This document shows positions 17,748 through 26,783 of a DNA stretch of 52,967 bases, one piece after another. The DNA is taken from the NCBI GenBank assembly GCA_041499515.1, contig JBGQKM010000002.1, positions 1-52,967 of the forward strand, read 5' to 3'. The notes below the pieces were generated by a model. It made no database searches. It was not told the origin of the DNA and worked only from the letters and a program-made list of their open reading frames with translations. Position 1 is the stretch's first letter. The number at the start of each line of letters is the position of its first letter. The translations under genes and the position numbers were made by a program. The DNA comes from Planctomycetia bacterium. Lineage in GTDB: Bacteria; Planctomycetota; Planctomycetia; Pirellulales; PALSA-1355.

Positions 17748-19655
17748 TCACTCCTCCGTTGGCCGGCCTGTCGGCCGATCGGGTTGATTGCGCTGATAGG
17801 CCCAAGCCGCAGCGCCCAGCAAGACCGCTAACACGAAGAACGCCACGATGCGATAGATCTCGTCCAGTCCTTCCATATCCAACAGGAAGACCTTGCCGAT
17901 CGTGATCGCGAACAGTCCCAGCGCGGTCCAGCGCAGCAGCGAAAGTCGCGTACGAAAACCGATCGCAAGAATGACGGCGGCATACGTGGCCCACCAGGCC
18001 GAGAGCGACATTTGCGCCAGCCGTTGCCCGGCATACTCGCCTGAACGCTGCATCTGCTGGGCGGCAAAGTAACCGTAGATGTCGACGGAAATGATCCACC
18101 ACACCAGCAGCACGCAAGCCACGGCGGCGATGGCCGTCAGCACGCGCTCTTCATTCCGCAGCCCGGCGGCAAACCGACGTGCCGCCGCCAGGGCCAGCAA
18201 CAAGCAAGCGACCGCCAGCAGCGCCGGCAGGGCGTAGCGATTCAAAACAGGAATGAACGGTGCGCGAACGAATTGCGGGGTGTCGAACGCCAGGACGCGC
18301 ACCACCGTCATAGCGGCGAAAACGGCCGACAGACCGCGCAGGTAAAGCGACTCAATACGCAGCCCAAACCACCATAGCAGCCCCGCTTCGGCGGCCCAGC
18401 CGAGCGCCACCCAAGGCGCGCCGGCCTGCAACGAGAAGGCCAGAGCGATGAAGCCCGACGCGACGGCCAGGCTCGCGACCATCAGCCGCTCATCGGGCTT
18501 CCTGGAGGTCAGCAGCACCCGCGTCGCCAGCGCATAAACGGCCGCCACGGTCACGGCCAGGCTGCCCAGCCAAACGTGATAGTCTTCGTTCAACAACACG
18601 TAAGCGGCGGAAAACCCGAATACGGCGTTGGCCAGAAATCGCGCCAATTCTTCCGGCGTGGCACGACGACCCGCGCGAACACCGACTAGCAGCGTGTGTC
18701 CCAGATCCAGCAAATACAAGGCTGCCTGGAAAGCAATCGCCCAGACCAGCTTCTCGGGATGATAGTTGGCGCCATACCAGAGCCAAAACAAGGCCTGCGT
18801 GCCCATCAGGGAAGCGGTGCCGATGACCGGCCAGGCTCGGAGCATGAGCAAGCCGACCACGCCAACGTTGAGCACCATCAGGTAGAGAAACAGCGAAGCG
18901 TATTGATCGTGCACCGAGTGCATCAGCAGCGGCGTCAAGAGGCCGCCAAGGACGCCCATCAGGGCAATCGCGGGCGACTCATAGCGCAGCGCCAGCAGCA
19001 TCGACTCGGCGACGACGAGAAACAAGAACAAGCCGGCCGCGCGTTGCGGCAGCAGATGGTAAAAGCCAAAGGCGCTATACGTGGACAAATACAACAACAC
19101 CACGCCGGCCGCCACGAGCATTTGCGAAAACACTCGCCAGCCGCGGAGCAGATAGCGCCGGCCGGCCGCCACCAGCGACAGACCCGCGGCAATGCCCAGC
19201 GTGACGCGTCCGATCGGCCCGATCCATTGGTTCTCGAAGGCGTACCTGAGAAAGAATGCCGTGGCGAACAGCAGGACCACCACGGCCAGCCAGCCGAGAG
19301 CCTGCCGGCCGATGAAAAGCTCCCAAGACGCCGCCTCATGCGAAAGTGAGTCGGTGGCCAACCGAGGCGCTGGCGGTACGGTGGCTGGGGGGATCGCCGG
19401 CCGCCGCGTTTCAGCCGGGGAGAGCGGAACTTCCTCAACCGCGATGGCCTCGACCAAGGGCGCGATTTCGGCCACCTTGGGCTCGGCTGTTACCGCGGCC
19501 GGATGCCGAACCAGTTTCTCTAGCTGGTCCAGCCGAGCGACGAGTTCGCGGATGCGGCTGGCCCGTACATAGGTGACCAACAGCATGATCGGCATGCCGA
19601 CAAGCCAGCCCACGAGGAACAATCCGGCCAAGAAAATCAGAGCGGTTTCGTCCAC
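17748..19655 (-). CDS. Large polytopic membrane protein, DUF2339-like
   Basis: 635 aa with a GTG start. An N-terminal TM is followed by the helix RIRELVARLDQLEKLV, a Pro/Ala linker and then many hydrophobic segments through to the end. The stop lies 5 nt before the DUF3999-like start. Confidence 0.75.
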   Translation of the reverse strand: MDETALIFLAGLFLVGWLVGMPIMLLVTYVRASRIRELVARLDQLEKLVRHPAAVTAEPKVAEIAPLVEAIAVEEVPLSPAETRRPAIPPATVPPAPRLATDSLSHEAASWELFIGRQALGWLAVVVLLFATAFFLRYAFENQWIGPIGRVTLGIAAGLSLVAAGRRYLLRGWRVFSQMLVAAGVVLLYLSTYSAFGFYHLLPQRAAGLFLFLVVAESMLLALRYESPAIALMGVLGGLLTPLLMHSVHDQYASLFLYLMVLNVGVVGLLMLRAWPVIGTASLMGTQALFWLWYGANYHPEKLVWAIAFQAALYLLDLGHTLLVGVRAGRRATPEELARFLANAVFGFSAAYVLLNEDYHVWLGSLAVTVAAVYALATRVLLTSRKPDERLMVASLAVASGFIALAFSLQAGAPWVALGWAAEAGLLWWFGLRIESLYLRGLSAVFAAMTVVRVLAFDTPQFVRAPFIPVLNRYALPALLAVACLLLALAAARRFAAGLRNEERVLTAIAAVACVLLVWWIISVDIYGYFAAQQMQRSGEYAGQRLAQMSLSAWWATYAAVILAIGFRTRLSLLRWTALGLFAITIGKVFLLDMEGLDEIYRIVAFFVLAVLLGAAAWAYQRNQPDRPTGRPTEE

Positions 19656-19813
19656 GATCTTTGCCTTGGGCCCGAGCTCGTCAGCACACGGCAGGCCGGC
19701 GACGCTGTTTCGCCGGCTGACACGAGAGCAGTTGAACCGATTGCCGCAAGATTTTCAACCGCGGTTCACGCGATCCGCTAGGAAGCTCAGCGGTTCGCGT
19801 CGAGCCAGCCGTT

Positions 19814-21994
19814 TCAGGGCGTTTCGCTTCCGGGGTGATAGCCCTGGCTGGCGTGGGCCAGCACGTCGCTCCATTCGAACCAGGCCGGTTTGAACTGCTG
19901 CTTGGAGTACAGTTGGGCCTGGTCCATGAAGTGGGGCGAATCGGAATGAGAGCTTTGGCCAAACTGCAACACGGTCGATGCCCGCACCGTATCGCCGAAT
20001 TCATAGACCCCAATGAACGAGCCGCCCGCCACCCCATACTGTTTCTTGCGCGACGGCGTGGGCGGGAGATAGTAGGTGTTGAACACGACGCCCAGCGGGC
20101 CGGGCACGCCCGCGCAGGGCAAACTCGGCAGGGCGTCGGAAAACGGAACCGTGTCCCTTTCGGCATAATTGGCGATCCGCTGCATGCGACTGACGTCTCC
20201 CCAGCGGACGCGCCAATTGCCGTAAAACGCAGTGAGTTTGTCGGCCGCATGGGCCAGCGCCTCAAACTTCTTGGCGGGGTTGTTTACGAATTCCGGTTTC
20301 AACGTTTCCATCGGATAGCCGCGGCCGTACAGCTCCTCGTACCACGCGACGCACAACGTGGTTTGGGTCGAATCGATCGACGAGCGGCAATCCCAATTCA
20401 GCAAGTGATCCAAATAGGGCTGCGCCTTGGCCGCCAGCGCCCGATCGGTGCCTTGCAGATCTTTGAGTTCGACGGCCAGTCGCGGCAATTGCGTCAGGGG
20501 CCAGTAGAGCGTGGTATCGAACGCGGCCTGTTTCCACTGGTCGTAGGTGAGGTCGTGCATGCCGCGCAGCAACATGCGTGAAACTTTCGCGCGCCGCTTG
20601 TCGTCGTTGCGGTCTTCGACCATGTAGGTCGGAAAATCGCCGATCGACGGATTGCCCTCGTCGGTCGTGGTATACGGAGTTGAGTTGCAGTTCTGCACGA
20701 ATCCGGACGAGGGATTGAGCACTTGCGGCAACTCGTCGAACGAGTGCAGGCCCTGCCACTCGGTGCGCGGGTCGGAACCGTCGACCGGCTGGGTCCAGTC
20801 GAAGCTCGGGTCGCGTTTGGGAATAGCGCCGTTGTAAACGTAGAAAATATTCCCCTCGCGATCGGCGTAGCAAGTGTTGAACATTTGCAGGTTCAATTCG
20901 CTCATCGCCGCTCGCCAATCGGCGAAATTATGGGCCTTGGCCATCTTCAGCGCCTGCCGGATACGGCTCCCCTCGGACAGGCGAGAAATGCGCACCGCAA
21001 GATAACGTCCGTCAGCTTCGCGGCCCACGATCGGACCATGATGGGTTTTGCGGAAAGTGTAAACCTTCTCGCGCACCCCGTCAGCGGTCTTGATGCGCAG
21101 CGTTTCCCGCCACTCGACCGCCTGCCGATGGGCGTCGCCGTAGCGATAGCTCAAGGGGTTTTTCGGATCGTCGAATTTTTCCAGCCAAAGGTCGCCCACG
21201 TCCGGGTTGTTGACGGTATGGGCCCAGCCGAGGTATTCGTTGTGCCCCATCGTCACCAACGGTCCGCCAAAGAAACTCGAACCAGAAAAATTCATTCCCT
21301 CGCCGCTCTTCAAGTGTCCTTCGTAGAATTGTCCGTACCCGAACCACGGTTGGTGCGGATTGACAAACAGCATGGCCTTGTGCGATTGCGTTCGGCTGGG
21401 TCCGATCGCCCAGGTGTTCGAGCCCGTGGCCGCTTGGATTTCGTCCAATACTTTGCGGACGCCGTTTTTCGGCGCGTGCGTTTTGGAGAACATGAACTCC
21501 AGCAGAACGTGGCGCTCGTAGGCCAAGACGTTCCACGGCTCAAAGTGCGTGATCAAGCGCGGTTTGAACTGGGGGTGTTTGGCCAGATAATGGTTCAATC
21601 CGGCCGCGTAGGCCTCGCAGATGGCGCGCAGCGGGGCTTCGAGCTTCGCAAGGTCGGCCTCGGCCTGCCGCGGAATTTCGAATGCACGGTTCAGCAGGTC
21701 GGAATCGACTCCGCTCTCGCCGTACAGTTCGGCATAGCGGCCCAGGCTGGCCACGTAGGTGTCTTCGACTTGCCAGAAGTAATCTTCGGCCTGGGCATAA
21801 GCGAAGCCGAACGAGACGCTTGCGTCGGTCGGGCCCTCGATGTGCGGCACGCCCCACTCATCGCGATGAATGATTACTTGCGAGGCCAGCTTTTCGCCGA
21901 GGTCGTCGGCGCCGAAACAATTTGGCCCTCCGCCCAGCACTAGCGACCAGAGTACCAGGACGCCGCCAATTCGTTTTGGACACATACGCAACAT
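19814..21994 (-). CDS. Secreted penicillin-acylase-family Ntn hydrolase (S45; possible acyl-homoserine-lactone or beta-lactam acylase)
   Basis: Start moved to the ATG at 21994 ([22 protein letters not shown] signal; SD AGGAG). The track's extra 298 N-terminal codons overlap the opposite-strand ROK gene. [14 protein letters not shown] contains the Ser-Asn nucleophile context of S45 beta-subunits. Confidence 0.85.
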   Translation of the reverse strand: MLRMCPKRIGGVLVLWSLVLGGGPNCFGADDLGEKLASQVIIHRDEWGVPHIEGPTDASVSFGFAYAQAEDYFWQVEDTYVASLGRYAELYGESGVDSDLLNRAFEIPRQAEADLAKLEAPLRAICEAYAAGLNHYLAKHPQFKPRLITHFEPWNVLAYERHVLLEFMFSKTHAPKNGVRKVLDEIQAATGSNTWAIGPSRTQSHKAMLFVNPHQPWFGYGQFYEGHLKSGEGMNFSGSSFFGGPLVTMGHNEYLGWAHTVNNPDVGDLWLEKFDDPKNPLSYRYGDAHRQAVEWRETLRIKTADGVREKVYTFRKTHHGPIVGREADGRYLAVRISRLSEGSRIRQALKMAKAHNFADWRAAMSELNLQMFNTCYADREGNIFYVYNGAIPKRDPSFDWTQPVDGSDPRTEWQGLHSFDELPQVLNPSSGFVQNCNSTPYTTTDEGNPSIGDFPTYMVEDRNDDKRRAKVSRMLLRGMHDLTYDQWKQAAFDTTLYWPLTQLPRLAVELKDLQGTDRALAAKAQPYLDHLLNWDCRSSIDSTQTTLCVAWYEELYGRGYPMETLKPEFVNNPAKKFEALAHAADKLTAFYGNWRVRWGDVSRMQRIANYAERDTVPFSDALPSLPCAGVPGPLGVVFNTYYLPPTPSRKKQYGVAGGSFIGVYEFGDTVRASTVLQFGQSSHSDSPHFMDQAQLYSKQQFKPAWFEWSDVLAHASQGYHPGSETP

Positions 21995-22120
21995 GGCTCG
22001 CACTCCTTGGGACGATTGCCAAAAGTTCGGACCCAACCGACGGCCGCATGCTTGACACATTCTGCACGATCCCGGCATGATTGTCGATGTGCGGCGGCAC
22101 CGGACTGCGGAAAAGCAACC

Positions 22121-23023
22121 ATGACTGCTCTTGTCGGCGGAATCGAAGCGGGCGGAACCAAGTTCGTCTGTGCTCTCGGCAGCGGTCCCGATGACGTTCG
22201 GGCCGAAACAAGGATTCCGACGACCACGCCCGGCGAAACGATCGGCCGGGCGGTCGAGTTCTTCGCGGCGCAGCGGGAGAAGTTTGGCCCGATTGCGGCC
22301 GTGGGCATCGCCTCGTTTGGGCCGATCGATCCCGAGCCCGGCTCGCCGACCTTTGGCTATATTACATCTACTCCCAAGCCCGGCTGGGGCAACACGGATT
22401 TTGCCGGCCCGGTCGAGCGGGGGCTCGGCGTGCCGGTGGCCTTTGACACCGACGTCAATGTCGCGGCGTTGGGCGAATGGCGTTGGGGGGCGGGGCGTGG
22501 GACCGATGGCCTCGTTTATCTGACGATCGGCACCGGCATCGGCGGCGGGGGGCTCTGGAACGGCCGCTTGATGCACGGCCTGATCCATCCGGAAATGGGG
22601 CACATCCGCATCCCGCACGACCTGCAGGCCGATCCCTATCCCGGTCATTGCCCTTATCACGGCGACTGCCTGGAAGGGCTGGCATGCGGCCCGGCCATCA
22701 GCGAGCGCTGGAAGTGCCCCAGCGAAACTCTGCCCGAGGGGCATCCGGCCTGGGTGCTTGAGGCCAACTATCTCGCCTTGGCGCTGGTGAATCTGATTTG
22801 CACTGTGTCTCCGCAGCGCATTATTTTGGGGGGCGGCGTGATGGCCCAGGGCGCCTTGTTTCCGCTGGTGCGCGGCAAGGTCCAGCAACTGCTCCAGGGC
22901 TACGTTCAGTCGCCGGCCATTCTGGACCAGATCGACCGCTACATCGTGCCGCCCGGTTTGGGAGATCGCTCGGGCGTACTGGGGGCTTTTGCCTTAGCCC
23001 AACAACGCATCGCGCAAGCTTGA
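22121..23023 (+). CDS. ROK-family sugar kinase (fructokinase-type)
   Basis: Start moved to the ATG at 22121. [15 protein letters not shown] as in Bacillus GmuE/YdhR-type fructokinases. Zn motif [21 protein letters not shown]. Confidence 0.85.
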   Translation: MTALVGGIEAGGTKFVCALGSGPDDVRAETRIPTTTPGETIGRAVEFFAAQREKFGPIAAVGIASFGPIDPEPGSPTFGYITSTPKPGWGNTDFAGPVERGLGVPVAFDTDVNVAALGEWRWGAGRGTDGLVYLTIGTGIGGGGLWNGRLMHGLIHPEMGHIRIPHDLQADPYPGHCPYHGDCLEGLACGPAISERWKCPSETLPEGHPAWVLEANYLALALVNLICTVSPQRIILGGGVMAQGALFPLVRGKVQQLLQGYVQSPAILDQIDRYIVPPGLGDRSGVLGAFALAQQRIAQA

Positions 23024-23115
23024 CGCACCCGGTTCGGGCTGCGGAAACGCGGGAATTTAGTTGCCCGATTGCCTGCGAAACGGTTATATTGACAGAGGGC
23101 AGGAGGAGAAGATCG

Positions 23116-23928
23116 ATGCGAACCTTCATTCTGTGGTGCGGCGGCGTTAGCGTCCTGTTGGCGGGGATCTCCCGCGTCGACGCCCAGATGTGTCAGCGCC
23201 GCGGCGGCGGCATGCCAACGCGCGGATATCCGTCTTACGCGTTCAATACGCCTTTCTACACGCCCACCTACAATTACCCCAACTATTACGCCAACTCGTA
23301 CTCCGGCTCCTACGCCAACAATTACGCCAACCCCTATGCCGTTGGTTCCGATTCTCTCGGAACGGGCGCTGCGGCGCGAGACGGGCGCATGAAGCCCAAA
23401 CTCGCCGCGGCGGCCAAGTCAAAGCCCCGCGTTAGCAACGCTGATTTGAGAGCGAAGTCGGAAAAAAATATCGCCGCCGGCGACGAACATTGCGGCAATG
23501 AAAAGTACGCGGCCGCGGTGGAGCAATACAAGACCGCCGGCAGAATCGCTCCGGATGTGGCCGAGCCGCAGCTTCGCCTGGGTTTTGCGCTGGTGGCGCA
23601 GAAACGATACGCAGCGGCGGTCAAGGCGTTTCGCCGGGGCCTCGAAATCGACCACGATTGGACCGACGCGCCCTTCCGCGTCGGTCAGATCTATACCCAA
23701 GCTGCGCTGGCCAGGACGATACAAACCCTGAGCGAAGCGGTCGAAGCCAAACCCAAAGATTCCGACGCGACCGTGGCCTTGGGCATGCTACTCCTCTTCG
23801 ACGGCAAGCGTGATCAGGCCGGCGCGTATTTTCAGCGGGCAGCAAGCCTGGGAGCTGACAAGGATGGGCTGTTCGACCATTTCCTGCCGCAACAGGCTCT
23901 GGCCGAGGCGCCAGGCCGCAATCGCTAG
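23116..23928 (+). CDS. Secreted TPR-like repeat protein with a Tyr/Asn-rich low-complexity N-region
   Basis: Start moved to the ATG at 23116 (SD AGGAGGAG at 23101-23108). Signal peptide MRTFILWCGGVSVLLAGISRVDA. YPSYAFNTPFYTPTYNYPNYYANSYSGSYANNYANPYA, then TPR-like helices (YAAAVEQYKTAGRIAPD..., YAAAVKAFRRGLEID...). Confidence 0.7.
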   Translation: MRTFILWCGGVSVLLAGISRVDAQMCQRRGGGMPTRGYPSYAFNTPFYTPTYNYPNYYANSYSGSYANNYANPYAVGSDSLGTGAAARDGRMKPKLAAAAKSKPRVSNADLRAKSEKNIAAGDEHCGNEKYAAAVEQYKTAGRIAPDVAEPQLRLGFALVAQKRYAAAVKAFRRGLEIDHDWTDAPFRVGQIYTQAALARTIQTLSEAVEAKPKDSDATVALGMLLLFDGKRDQAGAYFQRAASLGADKDGLFDHFLPQQALAEAPGRNR

Positions 23929-23970
23929 AGCCCGGCCCACCTCGAATTCCGGGGGCTCGATGCTGGCATC

Positions 23971-25509
23971 CTAAACGGGAAATTGAATTCCCTGGGCCAG
24001 CGGCAGTTCGGATGAATAGTTGATCGTGTTGGTCGAGCGGCGCATGTAGTTTTTCCAGGCGTCGGAGCCCGACTCGCGTCCGCCCCCGGTTTCCTTTTCA
24101 CCGCCGAACGCTCCGCCGATCTCGGCCCCGCTGGTGCCGATGTTGACGTTGGCAATTCCGCAGTCGGAGCCTTGGACGGAACAGAACCGTTCGGCTTCGC
24201 GAACATCGTTGGTGAAGATGGCCGAGGCCAGACCCTGGGGCACGCCGTTGTGGATCGCGATGGCTTCGTCGAGCGTTTCGTAACGCATGAAATACAGAAT
24301 CGGCGCGAAGGTTTCCGTCTGCACGATCGGGGCCGTGGGGTCGATTTCGACGATGGCCGGTTGCACGTAGCCGCCTCCGGCAGGCACGCCGCTTTTCACG
24401 CGCGCACCGCCGTGAACCATGCCTCCCTGGCGGCGAGCCGCGTCCAAGGCCGCCAGCATCACCTCGGCCGCGTGCTGGTCGATGAGCGGTCCGACCAGCG
24501 TGCCGGGTTCCAACGGATCGCCGATCGGAAGTTCGGCATAAACCTTCAGCAATCGAGCCAGCAAGTCATCGGCCACCGAGCGATGCACGATCAGCCGCCG
24601 CAGGGTCGTGCAGCGCTGCCCGCAGGTGCCGGCAGCCGCGAAGACGATGGCCCGCAACGCCAATTCTCGGTCGGCCGACGGCGCGACGATCGCGCCGTTG
24701 TTGCCTCCCAATTCCAAGAGCGCGCGGCCGAGTCGTCGGGCGACGGTTTGCGCTACCTCGCGGCCCATGGCAACCGAGCCGGTGGCCGAGACCAGCGGCA
24801 GGGCGGAGGACGCCGCCAGCGCCGCTCCGACTTCGGCCCCGCTGCCGACAACCAGATTGACGATGCCCGGCGGCACCTCAGGCATCTCCCCGAGCACGTC
24901 CATCACGAGCCGGTGGCACGCCATGGCGCAGAGCGGCGTTTTTTCCGACGGTTTCCAGACCAGGGTATCGCCACAGACCAGCGCGAGCATCGCATTCCAG
25001 GCCCACACGGCCACCGGAAAATTGAAAGCCGTGATCACGCCGACCGGTCCCAGGGGATGCCACTGTTCGGCCAGTCGATGTCCCGGACGTTCGCTGGCGA
25101 TGGCCAGGCCGTAGAGCTGGCGGCTCAGTCCGACGGCAAAGTCGCAGATGTCGATCATTTCCTGCACTTCGCCCCGCGCTTCTGAGAGGATCTTGCCGGT
25201 TTCCAGGGTGACCAGCGTGGCCAGGTCGGTCTGGTGCTGGCGCAGCAGCAGACCGATTTGACGCACGACTTCACCCCGTTTCGGCGCAGGCACCAGCCGC
25301 CAGGCAACGAACGCTTGGGTTGCGGATTGGATGGCCACCTCGAGATCCGCGGCGGTGGCCGTGGCGAACGTCGCCAAGGGGCTGTGATCAATCGGGCAGG
25401 AGACCGTCAGTTCGGTTCCGCCGCCGGCGAACCCGTGGTGTCCGGTGGCCAATGCCAGGGGCCTGGTCACTCCCAGGCGATGGAGGACGCCTTCAAGACG
25501 GTTCTTCAT
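23971..25509 (-). CDS. ALDH7-type aldehyde dehydrogenase (likely alpha-aminoadipic semialdehyde / piperideine-6-carboxylate dehydrogenase)
   Basis: 512 aa. ELGGNNGAIV and AAGTCGQRCTTLRRL closely mirror the ALDH7/AmaB motifs ELGGNNA and GTAGQRCTT. The 5' end overlaps the upstream gene by 17 nt. Confidence 0.85.
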   Translation of the reverse strand: MKNRLEGVLHRLGVTRPLALATGHHGFAGGGTELTVSCPIDHSPLATFATATAADLEVAIQSATQAFVAWRLVPAPKRGEVVRQIGLLLRQHQTDLATLVTLETGKILSEARGEVQEMIDICDFAVGLSRQLYGLAIASERPGHRLAEQWHPLGPVGVITAFNFPVAVWAWNAMLALVCGDTLVWKPSEKTPLCAMACHRLVMDVLGEMPEVPPGIVNLVVGSGAEVGAALAASSALPLVSATGSVAMGREVAQTVARRLGRALLELGGNNGAIVAPSADRELALRAIVFAAAGTCGQRCTTLRRLIVHRSVADDLLARLLKVYAELPIGDPLEPGTLVGPLIDQHAAEVMLAALDAARRQGGMVHGGARVKSGVPAGGGYVQPAIVEIDPTAPIVQTETFAPILYFMRYETLDEAIAIHNGVPQGLASAIFTNDVREAERFCSVQGSDCGIANVNIGTSGAEIGGAFGGEKETGGGRESGSDAWKNYMRRSTNTINYSSELPLAQGIQFPV

Positions 25510-26641
25510 GACCCACCCCCGAGGCAGCGTCGATGCCCATGAAACGGCTGTAGATTTTGGAGCCGCGGTAGTGCTGGCCGAAACGATTGTTGAGAAAATC
25601 GTTCAAGGCCACCTGTTCTTGTCGCACCAACCCGGTGCCGGTCAGCAGTCCCTGGCAGTGCAAATCAAACACGGCGCACAGTCCGGCGGCGGTAGTGATT
25701 TGGATGGCGCTCCAGGCTTCGCCGTCCAGCGTGTGTCCGTAAATCTTGCGCGCGTCGCTGATCTGCACGAACTGTCCTTTGCGTTGTCCCGACGCGGTGC
25801 AGAAAATCACGACCACATCCTGGAAGGTGACGGGAATGGCGTTTTCCAGAATGTCTTTCAAGGTCTCGCGCCGCTCGACCAGGCGCAGTTCGTTGACCAA
25901 AAAAGCCATGTAGTCGCGATGGCCTTGATAACGAATGGTTTTGTAGTTCAGCTCGCGGACGCGAGTTTCGAACGTGTCGCAGAGCGTTCCCAGTCCGCCG
26001 GAGGTGTTGAAGGCTTCGTAGCGGACCCCATCGAGCGAAAAATGTTCGACGCCTTCGAGCGGCAGCACGTGGATCCGGTGTCCGTCGTGGATGGCTTCGC
26101 AGGGATTGCAATATTCGTTAATCAGCCCGTCGGTCGACCAGGTCAGGTTATACATCAGCGCGTTGGAGGGAAACTGCGGCAGGGCGCCTACCCGCATATG
26201 GACCGTATCGAGCGAGTCGAAGGCCTCGGTCAAATGTTGCGCGGCGATCGAGACAAACCCCGGAGCCAGGCCGCACTGCGGCATGAAGACCTGGCCCGGC
26301 CTGGCCGCCGCGGCGATTTCCTTGACGCGGAGCGTCGTGGCGATGTCTTCGGTGAGGTCGAAATAGCTGGCGCCGGTCTCAAGCGCCACGGCGGCTACCA
26401 GCGGATTGTGGACATAGCTGAGCGCCGAAATCACGGCCTCGCGGCCGCGCAGGGCGGCGGCCAACGCGTCTCGATCTCCGGCGTCGAGCAGCACCGTTTC
26501 CACCGGGGTTTGCCTGTGGATGCGCTCCAGGGACGCCGCGTCGGCGTCGCCCACCAGCAGGTCGTAGTCGTGGCTGGCGACCAGGAACTTGGCAATCATG
26601 CGGCCGATTTTGCCGGCGCCAAGCAGCAGTACCTTCCGCAT
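25493..26641 (-). CDS. Saccharopine dehydrogenase-family NAD(P) enzyme (L-lysine 6-dehydrogenase-like)
   Basis: 382 aa. MRKVLLLGAGKIGRMIAKFL Rossmann start, with size and layout as in LysDH/saccharopine dehydrogenase (Sacchrp_dh) proteins. Co-oriented and overlapping with the ALDH7-type gene. Confidence 0.8.
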   Translation of the reverse strand: MRKVLLLGAGKIGRMIAKFLVASHDYDLLVGDADAASLERIHRQTPVETVLLDAGDRDALAAALRGREAVISALSYVHNPLVAAVALETGASYFDLTEDIATTLRVKEIAAAARPGQVFMPQCGLAPGFVSIAAQHLTEAFDSLDTVHMRVGALPQFPSNALMYNLTWSTDGLINEYCNPCEAIHDGHRIHVLPLEGVEHFSLDGVRYEAFNTSGGLGTLCDTFETRVRELNYKTIRYQGHRDYMAFLVNELRLVERRETLKDILENAIPVTFQDVVVIFCTASGQRKGQFVQISDARKIYGHTLDGEAWSAIQITTAAGLCAVFDLHCQGLLTGTGLVRQEQVALNDFLNNRFGQHYRGSKIYSRFMGIDAASGVGHEEPS

Positions 26642-26783
26642 TGGGGCACCTGGTGGGGGTCAGAGGCGAACTGTCCGAACGGGGCGCGAACGAATATAAT
26701 GACGACGGTTGCCAGAGGAATTATACGTCACGCTATCGCCCGTCCAGCGATCGCTTTATTCTGGCCGTGATGAGGTCCATGGT

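Noticed and set aside
19695-19717. Hairpin GCCGGCGA-N7-TCGCCGGC downstream of the acylase gene. Similar weak 5-6-bp hairpins occur at 13443-13461, 33762-33777 and 41733-41755.
   Set aside because: The stems are short and none has a following T/U tract, so none can be called an intrinsic terminator with confidence.
22052-22082. TTGACA hexamer upstream of the ROK kinase gene as a promoter -35 element.
   Set aside because: No acceptable -10 hexamer lies at 16-18 nt spacing (best is ATGATT, 3/6), so it is not reported as a feature.
21995-22888. N-terminal 298 codons of the 1024-aa track ORF for the acylase gene.
   Set aside because: This part runs antisense through the ROK kinase gene and is low-complexity. 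An internal ATG at 21994 has an SD and is immediately followed by a signal peptide and the conserved acylase sequence.
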